NCBI RefSeq assembly: GCF_004010195.1
Contig: NC_057719.1
Span: forward strand, 6,420,561-6,453,479
DNA length: 32,919 nucleotides
Origin: Chiloscyllium plagiosum
Lineage: Eukaryota
Direction: 5' to 3'
Shown here: positions 32,734 to 32,919 of the stretch, piece by piece
Layout: every line of letters starts with the position of its first letter
How positions within the stretch are numbered: position 1 is the first letter of the stretch
Translations under genes and position numbers: made by a program
Notes under the pieces: generated by a model
The model's input: the letters and a program-made list of their open reading frames with translations, nothing else
The model's database searches: none
What the model was told of the DNA's origin: nothing

Positions 32734-32919
32734 AGAGCTGAAAATGTGTTGTTGGAAAAGCGCAGCAGGTCAGGCAGCATCCAAGGAACAGGAGAATCGA
32801 CGTTTCGGGCATAAGCCCTTCTTCAGGAATGAGGAAAGTGTGTCCAGCAGGCTAAGATAAAAGGTAGGGAGGAGGGACTTGGGGGAAGGGCGTTGGAATT
32901 GCGATAGGTGGAGGGAGGT
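32734..32919 (-). mobile_element. PLE family-1 terminus running off the window end
   Basis: Terminal repeat plus purine-rich UTR; intact minus-strand hammerhead core. Confidence 0.88.
32795..32830 (-). ncRNA. Minimal hammerhead ribozyme motif, core intact
   Basis: Minus strand ATTC-CTGAAGA-A-GGGC-TTAT-GCCC-GAAAC-GTC-GATT. Confidence 0.8.

Noticed and set aside
2136..32830. Recurrent palindromic short repeats as CRISPR-like array
   Set aside because: Dispersed, both orientations, no regular spacers, eukaryotic retroelement context

Overview
Repeat-dominated vertebrate genomic DNA, very likely from an elasmobranch (shark), judged from HE1-type SINEs and their CR1-like LINE partners. No recognisable host protein-coding gene is present, and nearly all listed ORFs are decayed retroelement fragments or low-complexity artefacts. 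The window holds about 9 HE1 SINE copies, many CR1-type LINE pieces (two long decayed ones), a second LINE family with a partner SINE, and a Deu-SINE-like remnant. It also holds at least three families of Penelope-like elements (PLEs): two retain GIY-YIG endonuclease remnants, and their terminal repeats carry minimal hammerhead-ribozyme motifs. About 13 short copies of one terminal repeat are present, often as fold-back insertions with 9-15 bp target-site duplications (TSDs). Other notable structure: an 868-bp tandem duplication, a 105-bp direct repeat bracketing a 1.55-kb segment that ends in a PLE terminus, an RFX/forkhead motif cluster near 10.2-10.4 kb, and candidate + strand exons of an unidentified transcript. 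All alignments and counts were done by eye; repeat boundaries are approximate.
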